IMG/VR virus record: IMGVR_UViG_3300021378_000015 | Location: 1 to 64,000 of that record | Reading direction: 5' to 3' (one strand) | Length of the DNA stretch: 64,000 nt | DNA from: a virus | Taxonomy: Duplodnaviria; Caudoviricetes | In this document: piece after piece, positions 27,384-38,200 of the stretch | How positions within the stretch are numbered: position 1 is the first letter of the stretch | Layout: the number at the start of each line of letters is the position of its first letter | Translations under genes and position numbers: made by a program | Notes under the pieces: generated by a model | What the model was told of the DNA's origin: nothing | Seen by the model: only the letters and a program-made list of their open reading frames with translations | Database searches by the model: none

Positions 27384-30300
27384 ATGCCGTCTATTGATAA
27401 AATCATACCACGCTATCTGAACAGTGACGATGATGAGCGTTTGATCAAGCGTACCGAAATGGTTGACGCTCAAAACGTACGTGTATCTATAGACTCAGAG
27501 ATAGATGCTCAAGTTTTAAAAAATGCTTGGGGTAATATTAGTCGAGCAGACACAATAGAAAACGGAACTATACCGGCTGGTACTAATGTTGTTATAGGAT
27601 CTATTGCTGATGAGCAGTCAGCGCAGATATATTATTTCTGTTACAACAGTGCCACCAATCATACGATATTTAGATATGATCAAAACGCTAAGAAAACATT
27701 TATTGTTTATCAAGGCTCTGTGTTGCAGTTTACAGAAGAAGGTCATGTTGATGCTGACATAGTTCGGCTATCAAATCACAACATACTTTTATACTTTAAT
27801 GACAGCCTAAGTCAACCAAAAAAGATTAACGCTACCCTTGCTGAACAAAGTGTATCTGGTGCAGGAGGTTACCCTGCTAATTTTATAACAGGTAGTGATG
27901 AAGAAAGACTGGCATATATCACAGTGGCAAAGGCACCGCCTTTAATTCCTCCGGTTGTTACCTTTCAAAACAATAGTAACTATCCTCAGAATGATATATT
28001 CGAAAAAAACTTTCAGTTTGCTTATCAATATGAATATTTTGATGGTGAGCAGAGTGCATTAAGTCCATACTCTTTACTGGGTATATCTAAGTCTCAATTG
28101 AAAGATGGGTTTATAAATGCCGGTGCAAGAAACTTTTATAATGAGGCCAAGATCCAGGTGACATACAGCGCAGCAGATGTAAAAGATTTAAACATCTACG
28201 GGCGTATTGGTGATAAGGATGCTCCATTCTTTTTGATTGACACTATACCTAATGACAACGGAACCGGAACACAGAATATATTTTTTAGGAATGATTCTAA
28301 CTATATAGGTCTTTCTACTCAGGTTCAAGATAAGAGATACGATAATGTACCTCAGAAAGCAGATAGTCAAGCACTGTCTCAGGGGCGTCTTTTTTATGGT
28401 GGTTATACCGAAGGGTACGACAACCTTCCGTTTATGGATGTAGACGCGTTACCTAACTATAACGAGAAGCCGAATACCTATCAAGTAACTATTTCAAAAA
28501 ACACTAATCTAACTCCTTACTTAGGTGAGTTTATAGATATAGACTTTAGCAGTATACCAATAGCAGGAGTTACCGCAGACTCAAAAGTATTGCTATCATT
28601 CAATTGGAATGACGGTGCTATGACCATACGTAATGATCTCAAAACCGACAGAGATTTTAACTTTGTTGACTCACTTGGTAATTTTAAATTATATAATGAT
28701 GCAGCCGGTACAGATTTAGTAGGTCTTGCAGGTGGTACAGATGCGGAGAAACTTGCAGGAATGGCGGGTCTTAGAACTATTGCCAATGGTACTAATTATC
28801 AGACTGGGATAAACCTTGATTCAGGAACGCTAAACTCTCCTCCTCAAATAAGATTTATATCTCAAAAAGGAACTTCAGATACAAGAGAAGAAAGTGTTGG
28901 TATTAAAAAGATCAACAACGGTATTAAGGTTATTAGTAGTGGTTTTCAGGTAAGAAAGATTATAGATATACCGGCTAACAAAACTCGTGCTGAGATACAG
29001 ACGATTATAGCAAATGAAGTCGATGGGTTATACCCTACTCAGTTGATGCCTCAAGATGGAGAGGCAGGCTTCAGTACTTTTACTACAGGCTTTGGCACCA
29101 GAACAACAGTTGAGTCCGCTGCTTTTGCGGGTGCTGGAGAGGTATGGTTTAGAAGAACTAATCCAAACTTCACGACTGGTGTTGACACCTACAAGTTGTC
29201 TTTAAGCCTTGTGAACATGAGAATCAATAAATTGGTTTTCGGAACAAAGGAGGCTGAGGTCATAGAGCCGTTTGGTACATCTTCATCATTTGACATTATC
29301 GAAGCAAACATCGATGGCCAGTTACCAATGCTTAATAGTGGCAGTAGTTTTAATCTTGTGCCAACTACTAATGGACTTTATCTTTCAAACCAGGGTGCAA
29401 GTATCACTGGTAAGGGCGCATCGATTGAGCGCAATGGAGGATACATTACAGCGGGAGGTAGTTTTGCTATTGCTAATGATGACATGGATGGTAACAGGTG
29501 TTTTAAGTCTGGTTCAAGTCATGAACTTGGTTTGCTATACTATGATCAAAAAGGAAGACCAGGTGGTGTGCAGCCTTTAGATGATGAGACTTTTGTTCAG
29601 CATACTAACAATCGTTCAAATCAAAATAATTTAGATGGCTACGCAGATATTACAATGCGTATACGCCATAAGGCCCCTGCTTGGGCAGATAGGTTCAGTG
29701 TTGTTTATGCTGGCCAAGGATCAATAATAAACAAGGTTCAGTACTCTATTGGCGGAGCCTATCTTGCTTTAAATGATGCGGCTGAAGGAAGTTTTGGATC
29801 AACAATGAGTATGTATCTATCAATAGGTACGCTGCAAGGGCGAAACAATTCTTATGATAATCAATTAGGCGCTGACATAAACTATGGTTTTGCCGAAGGC
29901 GATAGAGTTCGTATAGTTTCATATGGCGACAATCTTAAAGAAACAAAAACATGGAGGATATCTAAAAAGATAACTCTCTTAGCAGACGCTACCTTAAATC
30001 CTATTTTAGACAGAAGTTCAAAGGCAGCCATTCAAAATACAACTGGTGACTTTCTTGTATTAGAAGACAACAATACTCCTGGTTGGAATACCAGTAGTTT
30101 AATGGACAACACCTCCAACTGGAACAACAAATGTGTTATAGAAATATACCGAGAGAGCGATGCCTTCACGGAAATGTTCTATTACGAAATAGGTGAAAAC
30201 AAATCTATAGACAGCGTAGGTGTTCACCAGACAGATCGCGTAAGCACAACCGCAACCATTGAGATAGTTTCGCAAACAGGAGACGTTGTAGAGTTTCGTT

Positions 30301-32444
30301 CACCAATACGATTTTTCAAGGGAGATAATATTGAAACTTCAGGTGGATCAAGTATTACAGTGGGTAATGTTGTAGAAGATACATCTAAGTCTGGATATTC
30401 TTTTAGAGTTTATGGTGAGACTACATACACATGGCCAACTTTAAGCCTACATGTAATGACTGTTACTAATCCTGATTCTGTATTTAATATAGATCAGGGT
30501 GATTCATACTTTAGGTTACGTACATTATTCTATGGTAGTGCTCCGCGAAAAGGAGACGTATGGAGAAACCTTTCAGCAGCGTATACTCAAAATGCTTTAG
30601 TTGATTGGGTTGAAGATCCTCGTGTTAGTGATTTCTTTAAATCAGATTACACTTCATTAGGTAAGAGTTATCCTTATCTTCCTGATGCAACTACTATAAA
30701 AAGATATGGTTCTATAACTTATTCAGATCCATTCTCTTTTGAAAACACACAACTTGGACTTTCGTCATTTAATTTGACGATGCAGAATTTTGCCGATATG
30801 TCTTATGACTACGGCTCAATTAAGTCTATGGTTTCCCATGATCAACTAATGTATATAATACATGAGCGCCGTGCTGGTGTTGTACCTGTTCAGAGAAATA
30901 TACTCACAGCGGATTCTGGTGAGTCTCTTGTAGCGTCAAATATGATACTGGGTCCAGTAAACTATTATGTGGGAGAATATGGGGTAAACAATAACCCTGA
31001 ATCTGTTGCTCAGTATAGAGGACAGATTTACTTTATGGATGCAAGAGCCGGTAAGGTATTGCGTATAGGAAAGGAAACAGGGATTAGTGTTATAAGCGAG
31101 GTTCTGGTTGATGGATTCTTTAAAAGCAAAACATTCTCAACTGCTCTTTCTGCTAAAAACAAAAGATATCATGGTGGCATAGACAGAGAAAACACGGAGT
31201 ATATTATTAGTTCTCCTGCTCTGTTCACATCACGCATTACTATCAATGATGCGTGTACGGGTCAAACGGCTACAGGTAACTCAAGAACGAATCAGGACGG
31301 TGACATCATAAATGTTTCGCCGGTGTATGACGATTCGCTAACATTCTTTTGGAATACAGATGTAAGAAACTGGGAGTGTAGTCTTGATGACTGGGACACT
31401 TCGGGAAGCGGTCTTATATTAATTGATCAACTTACGTCTAACCCTATCGTAGGGCTTTCAGAGAACTACTCTCCGTCACTTTCTACGTCTTTGAATACTG
31501 CCATACCAGTTGTAATGACATCGTCTCAGTATACAGCGTTTTATCCTGCAACATTTAATCAATTGACAGGGGTGGTTAGACCTGATACAACATCACCGAG
31601 TGGTGATATTCTAATTGACAACACTCTTGAAACTCTTGAGGCATTTACTATTGCTTATAACCTTTGGGATAAATACTGGAGTACCAGATACTCTTACAAC
31701 ACCGATGGGATAATATCATTGACGGACAGAATGTATACGTTTAACGGTGCTAAGATATATGAGCATTCTCCTGATGCAACAAGAAATACTTTTTACGGAA
31801 TTGCTGGTGACACAATAGTTGAAGTGGTTTCTAACTTTAATCCATCTATGATTAAGGTCTATGAGGCGTTAAGTCTTGAAGGCAACAATTCAGCATGGAC
31901 TGTTACACTTAATAATAGTGACCAAACCAGTACGATTGCTTCCTCAATATGGGACGAGAAAGAAAATTTCTACTACGCTCCCGTACATCAAGACTCCTCA
32001 AACAATGTCACGTACACTTCTACCGCAAATGTTACTACCGTTAGCGGAACGTCTGAAGTCTTTTCACTTGGAGAAGTAGATACATTACCGAGTCCTCTTG
32101 CTGACAAGATACCTTTTAAGAATGCTATAAATAATCAAGCGTTCCCATTAGGAGACTCAACAGCGTTGTATGTTTTAAATATTGCTCAGAATAGATTAGA
32201 GCCTTTAAATCTCTATGCTGTTTCGGTTTCTGGTGAAAAAGAATTAACTTGTAATGCAACCATATCTGGGTTCTCTGCTGGAGATACGCTGGTGTTGATT
32301 GCTAACTCTGCAATAGAAGGAGATTCAATTAGAGATTATTATTTGAAAGCAAAATTTGTAAACCCGACTACAACTAAACATGAGTTGTACGCTATTAACT
32401 TTATATATACTAAGTCAAACCTACACAACCAACAAGGACAGTAG
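27384..32444 (+). CDS. Tail nozzle / stabilization protein (P22 gp10-like, crAss-type muzzle)
   Basis: LNSDDDERLI..DAQNVR N-terminus, QFAYQY.Y.DGEQSALSPYS, YGSIK, YGV.NNPES, EKENFYYA. Confidence 0.75.
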   Translation: MPSIDKIIPRYLNSDDDERLIKRTEMVDAQNVRVSIDSEIDAQVLKNAWGNISRADTIENGTIPAGTNVVIGSIADEQSAQIYYFCYNSATNHTIFRYDQNAKKTFIVYQGSVLQFTEEGHVDADIVRLSNHNILLYFNDSLSQPKKINATLAEQSVSGAGGYPANFITGSDEERLAYITVAKAPPLIPPVVTFQNNSNYPQNDIFEKNFQFAYQYEYFDGEQSALSPYSLLGISKSQLKDGFINAGARNFYNEAKIQVTYSAADVKDLNIYGRIGDKDAPFFLIDTIPNDNGTGTQNIFFRNDSNYIGLSTQVQDKRYDNVPQKADSQALSQGRLFYGGYTEGYDNLPFMDVDALPNYNEKPNTYQVTISKNTNLTPYLGEFIDIDFSSIPIAGVTADSKVLLSFNWNDGAMTIRNDLKTDRDFNFVDSLGNFKLYNDAAGTDLVGLAGGTDAEKLAGMAGLRTIANGTNYQTGINLDSGTLNSPPQIRFISQKGTSDTREESVGIKKINNGIKVISSGFQVRKIIDIPANKTRAEIQTIIANEVDGLYPTQLMPQDGEAGFSTFTTGFGTRTTVESAAFAGAGEVWFRRTNPNFTTGVDTYKLSLSLVNMRINKLVFGTKEAEVIEPFGTSSSFDIIEANIDGQLPMLNSGSSFNLVPTTNGLYLSNQGASITGKGASIERNGGYITAGGSFAIANDDMDGNRCFKSGSSHELGLLYYDQKGRPGGVQPLDDETFVQHTNNRSNQNNLDGYADITMRIRHKAPAWADRFSVVYAGQGSIINKVQYSIGGAYLALNDAAEGSFGSTMSMYLSIGTLQGRNNSYDNQLGADINYGFAEGDRVRIVSYGDNLKETKTWRISKKITLLADATLNPILDRSSKAAIQNTTGDFLVLEDNNTPGWNTSSLMDNTSNWNNKCVIEIYRESDAFTEMFYYEIGENKSIDSVGVHQTDRVSTTATIEIVSQTGDVVEFRSPIRFFKGDNIETSGGSSITVGNVVEDTSKSGYSFRVYGETTYTWPTLSLHVMTVTNPDSVFNIDQGDSYFRLRTLFYGSAPRKGDVWRNLSAAYTQNALVDWVEDPRVSDFFKSDYTSLGKSYPYLPDATTIKRYGSITYSDPFSFENTQLGLSSFNLTMQNFADMSYDYGSIKSMVSHDQLMYIIHERRAGVVPVQRNILTADSGESLVASNMILGPVNYYVGEYGVNNNPESVAQYRGQIYFMDARAGKVLRIGKETGISVISEVLVDGFFKSKTFSTALSAKNKRYHGGIDRENTEYIISSPALFTSRITINDACTGQTATGNSRTNQDGDIINVSPVYDDSLTFFWNTDVRNWECSLDDWDTSGSGLILIDQLTSNPIVGLSENYSPSLSTSLNTAIPVVMTSSQYTAFYPATFNQLTGVVRPDTTSPSGDILIDNTLETLEAFTIAYNLWDKYWSTRYSYNTDGIISLTDRMYTFNGAKIYEHSPDATRNTFYGIAGDTIVEVVSNFNPSMIKVYEALSLEGNNSAWTVTLNNSDQTSTIASSIWDEKENFYYAPVHQDSSNNVTYTSTANVTTVSGTSEVFSLGEVDTLPSPLADKIPFKNAINNQAFPLGDSTALYVLNIAQNRLEPLNLYAVSVSGEKELTCNATISGFSAGDTLVLIANSAIEGDSIRDYYLKAKFVNPTTTKHELYAINFIYTKSNLHNQQGQ

Positions 32445-32480
32445 TAATCCTTATTTTTGTAGGATAAAAAAACACGAGAT

Positions 32481-33629
32481 ATGGCAATAGGACCTTTAAT
32501 TAACCTTGGTGCAGGTTTAGCAAAAACCGGATACGGATTGTATCAGGAGAATCTTGCTAAAAGAAAAATGGCGCAGGCTGATCAAACTGCCATGGGACCT
32601 ATTCGTTCACAGGCTGCACGTCAGCGCATTGCGCGTCAAGAATCTGATTCACAGTCAGCGATAGATGCAGCGTTACGATCACAAGCCACACAAGCCCAGC
32701 AGATTGGGGCAACTGGCGGCTCTCGTTCTTTGCAGGCAGCAACTCCTGCATTACTTAGAGCAACAGAGTTAACAACCGGACGCGCATTAGATAGATTTGG
32801 GTCATTAGGTGCAAGAACATCTCAACTTGAAGACAAAGTAAACTTAGCAAATGCTAATGTAGGTGTAAACGCTAACCTTGCTCGATTACAACGTGCGGCA
32901 GATGCTGCTCGCTCTGTAACTTTAAGCGGTGTATCTGACGTTATCGGAGGAACAGCCGGCCTACTTGGAGGCATTGGTAAAAAAGGGAAGGGCACTGATG
33001 ATGTTGTTGAAACCATGACGGAAGAAACAATAACTCCAGAGAAACAGGCAGTTATGGATCAAGCCAGTATACCAATGACAACAAATGCTTTTGGTGCAAT
33101 GGATATTCCTGGAAGCAGTATGGCTGGAGTAAACAGAGCGTCTGATATTGCAGTACGTAGAAAGGGCGCTGGCCTCAATTTAACACCTGAGTACGAAGTC
33201 AATGCAAGTAACTATGCTCCTTCACCTGTTGGAGTACAAGACATTGATACTTCATTTGATACCAAGGCAGAATATGACTTTTTAAATCAGAGTCGTGCTA
33301 AAGCAACAACTCAATTAGATGATCTTGCTAATAGAGTAAACACTTTTGAAGACAGGCAAGAAGAAGAAATCAATAGATTGGGTCTGTTGAACCAGCCTAT
33401 GAGTGAAGGTGGAGAATTAGACAGAGCAGAAAAAACACCAGGTGATTTTGATCATGAAGAAAACCCAATTGACATTGTGCAAGAGGGAGACAAGATTGGT
33501 GAGATGACTGGAGGAGAGTATATATTTAACCCAGAGCAAGCAGAGGAATTGTTAGAACTTTCTAAAGAAGGTGATAGTGAACTACATGAGTTCGTCCGTA
33601 ACTTGTTAAGTAAAGAACAATTTAAGTAA
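32481..33629 (+). CDS. Putative internal virion (ejection) protein
   Basis: Ala/Gly/Gln-rich helical; EMTGGEYIFNPEQ C-terminal motif; promoter TATTTTTG 32452-32459. Confidence 0.6.
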   Translation: MAIGPLINLGAGLAKTGYGLYQENLAKRKMAQADQTAMGPIRSQAARQRIARQESDSQSAIDAALRSQATQAQQIGATGGSRSLQAATPALLRATELTTGRALDRFGSLGARTSQLEDKVNLANANVGVNANLARLQRAADAARSVTLSGVSDVIGGTAGLLGGIGKKGKGTDDVVETMTEETITPEKQAVMDQASIPMTTNAFGAMDIPGSSMAGVNRASDIAVRRKGAGLNLTPEYEVNASNYAPSPVGVQDIDTSFDTKAEYDFLNQSRAKATTQLDDLANRVNTFEDRQEEEINRLGLLNQPMSEGGELDRAEKTPGDFDHEENPIDIVQEGDKIGEMTGGEYIFNPEQAEELLELSKEGDSELHEFVRNLLSKEQFK

Positions 33630-35284
33630 TGGCTGATACATCCCAATTTATGGCAATAGGCCAGATGCCGTCTGTTGATTATGGTGCTATATATGAGCGC
33701 TCTAAACAACGCCGTGAACTGGAAGAGCAAAGAAAGTTAGATTACTTAAATCAGTTTCAGCAAGAGCGTGGTGCTTTTGCTCCTGGAGTAAAGGCTGAAC
33801 TTCAAAAAGTTTATGACGATACTATCAAGGCAGAGTTAGATAAAGGTGACATGTCTTTTGAGGGTAAGTCCAGACTACAGCGCAACTATAATGCTTACAA
33901 AGATCTTGCAGCAAATGCACTTGACTACACTGGACGCATTAATGATTTCGAAGCGTCGATCATGGCGGATCCAAAATCGTTTAACGATCCCGGTGCACTC
34001 ATAGAAACATTAGGTGTCGCAAGAGATTCTCAAATACCATTGAGTCAACTACCACAGATAATGCAAGACCTGCCTAATCCAAATGATTACCGTAGGTTCG
34101 AAGTAACAGAGATGGCTCCAATGGCCGTTGCTGGCGACATACTAAAGAAGTTAAAAACTGAGGGTGGGGGTATTAATCGTTTCTACGATATGGCCAAGAG
34201 TGGTCAGATTGATCCAGCCTCAATTACTGAAACTGTAACAGCGTGGTTTGACGGTAATCAAATATCTCAAGAACAAGAGAATGAGGCTATTGCTTTTTCT
34301 ATGCGTCAGTTAGGTGCATTAGACCAAGACCTTACAGATTACTCTAAACTAAATCAGTTAAGTGAAGAGCAGAGATTAAAATATCTACAGCAGTACGCAG
34401 GATATGTGACAGATGCTGTTACTAATTTATTGGCAGACGACATAACAACAGCGGCGGAACAAGCGAATGCTGAGATTCGTGAGTATGCCCAGAAAGAAGA
34501 CATTAAAGCGCGTGCAAAGGCTCGATATAAAGGAGCAGATGGTTCACAAGGTGATGCTGGTGCTCAAGGATTCCAAGTAGGTGCATTAGAATATGTTCCA
34601 GCATATGGTACAGATGAAAGAGGAAAGGTAACCAATCAGTCTCGCAAAGATTATAAAGACCAGTATGGAGACGATGGTATAGCCCAGGCTCAAACTGACC
34701 TCTTTAAAAACGTAAGTTATAGTCAACCTACTATTGTAAGTAGAAAAGGAGATAACAATGTATACACTGTAGAGTCTCTTGCTATAGGTCCAAACGGAGA
34801 AAAGTTAGTGTCTCTTCGTTTTAATCAAGAAGTTGCTGGAAAGAAAAAGACTGTAAGAACTATTGTTGATTTTGAGGATATCAAAAATGAAGGAATCAAA
34901 GGAGGACAAAAAGCAGTAGACAGAATAAGTAGTGACCTTGAAGGTATGTCAGCATACTGGACACAGAACATTCTTCCTACGAAGAACCAAGTTTCTTCTG
35001 TCACAGAAGAGCAGGTTATTATGCCTACAGCGAGCAGCAGAATATCACGATTGGAAGGAATGACTGGAGAGGGAACTCCGCCTTCTGAAGAAGCAAAATC
35101 AGAAACGTCAGCAAGAGAACGTCGTAGATTACAAATCGTACAAGCGAGTAGTCCTGAAGAACGTGCACAAATTATTGCACAGCAACTTCAAGAAGATTTA
35201 CCAGACGAAGAGAAAGAAGAGTTAATTGAGATGGGTGAAATGCCTATATTCGATCCATCAACCTTACCAAATGTTATAGATTAA
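33629..35284 (+). CDS. Putative internal virion (ejection) protein
   Basis: Helical 551 aa between nozzle and giant protein. Confidence 0.6.
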   Translation: MADTSQFMAIGQMPSVDYGAIYERSKQRRELEEQRKLDYLNQFQQERGAFAPGVKAELQKVYDDTIKAELDKGDMSFEGKSRLQRNYNAYKDLAANALDYTGRINDFEASIMADPKSFNDPGALIETLGVARDSQIPLSQLPQIMQDLPNPNDYRRFEVTEMAPMAVAGDILKKLKTEGGGINRFYDMAKSGQIDPASITETVTAWFDGNQISQEQENEAIAFSMRQLGALDQDLTDYSKLNQLSEEQRLKYLQQYAGYVTDAVTNLLADDITTAAEQANAEIREYAQKEDIKARAKARYKGADGSQGDAGAQGFQVGALEYVPAYGTDERGKVTNQSRKDYKDQYGDDGIAQAQTDLFKNVSYSQPTIVSRKGDNNVYTVESLAIGPNGEKLVSLRFNQEVAGKKKTVRTIVDFEDIKNEGIKGGQKAVDRISSDLEGMSAYWTQNILPTKNQVSSVTEEQVIMPTASSRISRLEGMTGEGTPPSEEAKSETSARERRRLQIVQASSPEERAQIIAQQLQEDLPDEEKEELIEMGEMPIFDPSTLPNVID

Positions 35285-35293
35285 TTTATATAA

Positions 35294-38200
35294 ATGGAAG
35301 ATCAAGACTTACTAATAGAGTTGCAATCCGCTTACGATCGTGGTGTTTCACTGGAGCAAATTCAACAGGTTCTCAGTGATGACCCTAATGTAGAGCAGGG
35401 TGCGTTACAAGTTGCAGAAGATTTCTTTTTAAAAAAAAAAGACTCTTCCGAAGGTTCACAGGCAGGAGATCTCGTGGTATCAGAATCAGAATCGGTTCAA
35501 GATACTATGGCATCTCCTTCTACAGCAGTCGACTCTAACTCTGGATTTCTTTTACAGGAAGGTCTTACATCTTTATCAGATGCATACGATCGTGGTGTAA
35601 ATCTTTCTCAAATTGAGCAAGAGTTTCAGGACGACCCTGAATTCGTAACCTTAGCAAAGGACTACTATAAAACTTTAGACTCTCGTGTATGGGATGATCC
35701 ACGCGAAGAAGGCATGGGTATTATCATTGATGATAATCCTAACATGCTTGGTCGCCTATGGAATAGAGGTGCGGCTTCAGGACGCCTTGCTGCTGAAATA
35801 GCAAAGGGTGAGGCAACCGGATACATGAATTGGGAGAATATCGCCTACCTAAATAGTATCATGCAACGAGACGGAGTAAAGAAAACAGGTGAGGAAAACC
35901 CTGTTTTTGATTTTGCTGGTGATGTAATTCGTGCTATACCTGAATCTTTAATATCAATGGCAACTGGAATAGAGGCTGGTCTTGCTGGAGCAGCGACTGG
36001 AGCCGGTACTGGAGCAGGAGTAGGATCTGTTGTGCCAGGGATAGGAACAGCGGTTGGTGCAGGTACTGGTGCTGTCTCTGGTTTCTTTGGCGCATCATCT
36101 TTAGCAATTGAGTATGCTCACTCTTTGATGGACGTTATCCGTGAAGAAGGTGTGAATGTTACAGACGGTGATCAATTAGCATTTGCATTTGAGGATGAAG
36201 AACTCATGGATCGTGCTCGCGAGAAAGGACTGAAGAGGGGTATTCCTATTGCAGTATTCGATGCTATTTCAGGTGGTGTTGGTGGTAAGGTTGGTACAAC
36301 CGTTGTAAAAAACATATCAAAATCAGCAACAAACAGAGCCGCTAAGATTTTAGCAGCAGAAACATTAACTCAAGGTGCACTTGGTGCTGGTGGAGAACTG
36401 TCTGGGCAGTTGGTTGCAGGTGAAAAGATACGTCCTCGTGACATTGCTCTTGAAGCATTTGCTGAGTTAGGTCCTGCTGCTCCTGTGATGGCATACAACC
36501 TTGCGGGTCGTATAAACGCTACTCCAGGAGAGTTAAAGTATGCTGACAACATAAAGGCTAAGGAGAAGCAAAGCGATGTAGTAGAGGCCAGCAATGCGGT
36601 AGATGCTATACCGGAGATGTCTAAACTAAATACAGAGATAGAAGAACTTGAGGCTGTAACACCAGTAGATAAAAATGAAGCCCGTGTTAAGAAACAAAAA
36701 CTTAGAGAACTTAGAGATAAGAAGTATGATCTAAAGGCTGACCTTTCTGAGAACTACTTAGCCCTTGATGAAGAAACTCGAAATCAAGTAAAGGCAAAGT
36801 TGGCTATGGTAATGGTCAACGACGAAACAATCTCTGCTCAAGGAGCCAACCCTGAACTTTCAAATGTTCTACGTGAAGAAAATAAAAAACTAAAGGCTGA
36901 GATTAAAGAAACAATAACCGGAAAAACAACAAGCAATGATCAAGCAAGTGGGCAAGAAGTACAGGGTGACATCGAAGCAAGGCAAGAACTTGGGGACGTA
37001 CCCGACACTGAAGGAAGCGCAACGCCGGTTACAGTTAGTGGAATACTTCAAGCGCGTGAAGAAGAAGGGCAAACGCAAGGAGAATTAATTGAAGGGGAAG
37101 CAACTGAGCGCTCATCATCTTTCTTAAATATAAAAGATAGAGATGGTCAAAGCCTTAATCTTTATGACCCTAATGATGCTGCTGCTTTACGTCGTGCTTT
37201 AGATGAGGGTGAGTTCAGAGCCGGGGAAAGAGAGTATTTAGAAAATATGATTCTTGCTTCAGAGTCATATCGCAAGTCAATTCCCGAAGCAAAGATGTTT
37301 GTTATTGGCTTCGGTAGAGAGGGGTATCAAAATGCACTTGAACGTACTGGATTTGGAAGAGACAAGCCAGGACAAAGAAGTGCTGGTATGACTGCTCGTG
37401 ATAGGGGGCAAAAAAATGTAGGTAGAATAGCATTAGAAGTACCAGTGGAAAGTTCTCTTTATGGCGAGGCTCAAGGCCGTGGACCAGGTGAGAAGTTTAC
37501 GGGGATTCAAACAGCGTATCATGAAATCTTTCACAATGTTTTAAATCAACATTTTGGGGAGAACCTATCTGATTACAATCAGTTAAGAAAGTTAGTGATT
37601 CGACAACTCGCAGAGTCAGATGTAAAGCAATTAAATGATTTTGCAAAAAGATACGCAGATGCAGATGATGTTACTGGTACACTACCTTCTGAGGAGTTCA
37701 TGGTTCAGTTGTCTGGACTTCTTGCAAATAAGAATATTAAGTTTGCTCCTTCTTTTTTAGAACAACTTAAAGCCTTTATAGGTAAGATTATTCAAAAGGT
37801 TACAGGAGGACGTGTCAAGTTTCAAGAATTAAACGATGCTGTTCTTGCTCAAGATCTTGCCAACTATTTAAAAGGAACGACTGAGGCTATGCGTCTTGGT
37901 GCTGATGTTAGAGAAGTTTCACAGCCTGCTTCTTTAAGAACAGAGCGTTTCCAAAGAACAAGGCAAGACGTAAGGTTTGGGCCTGATGGTGAAGTAGTTA
38001 GTCTTACTGAAGCACGAAATGCTGCGAGTCTACCTGATCCTGAAAACTATAACCGAACACTTGATCCTGTAGAAAAACTTTTAAAAAGTATAAAGGACAA
38101 GACAAGCAGTGCTACAAGAGCATTAGAAAAAAAATTAAACACTGGTCTTAGAAAAGTTAGAGGAGAGGTTCTGTCTGCGATGGAATTCAAACAGTCTGCT

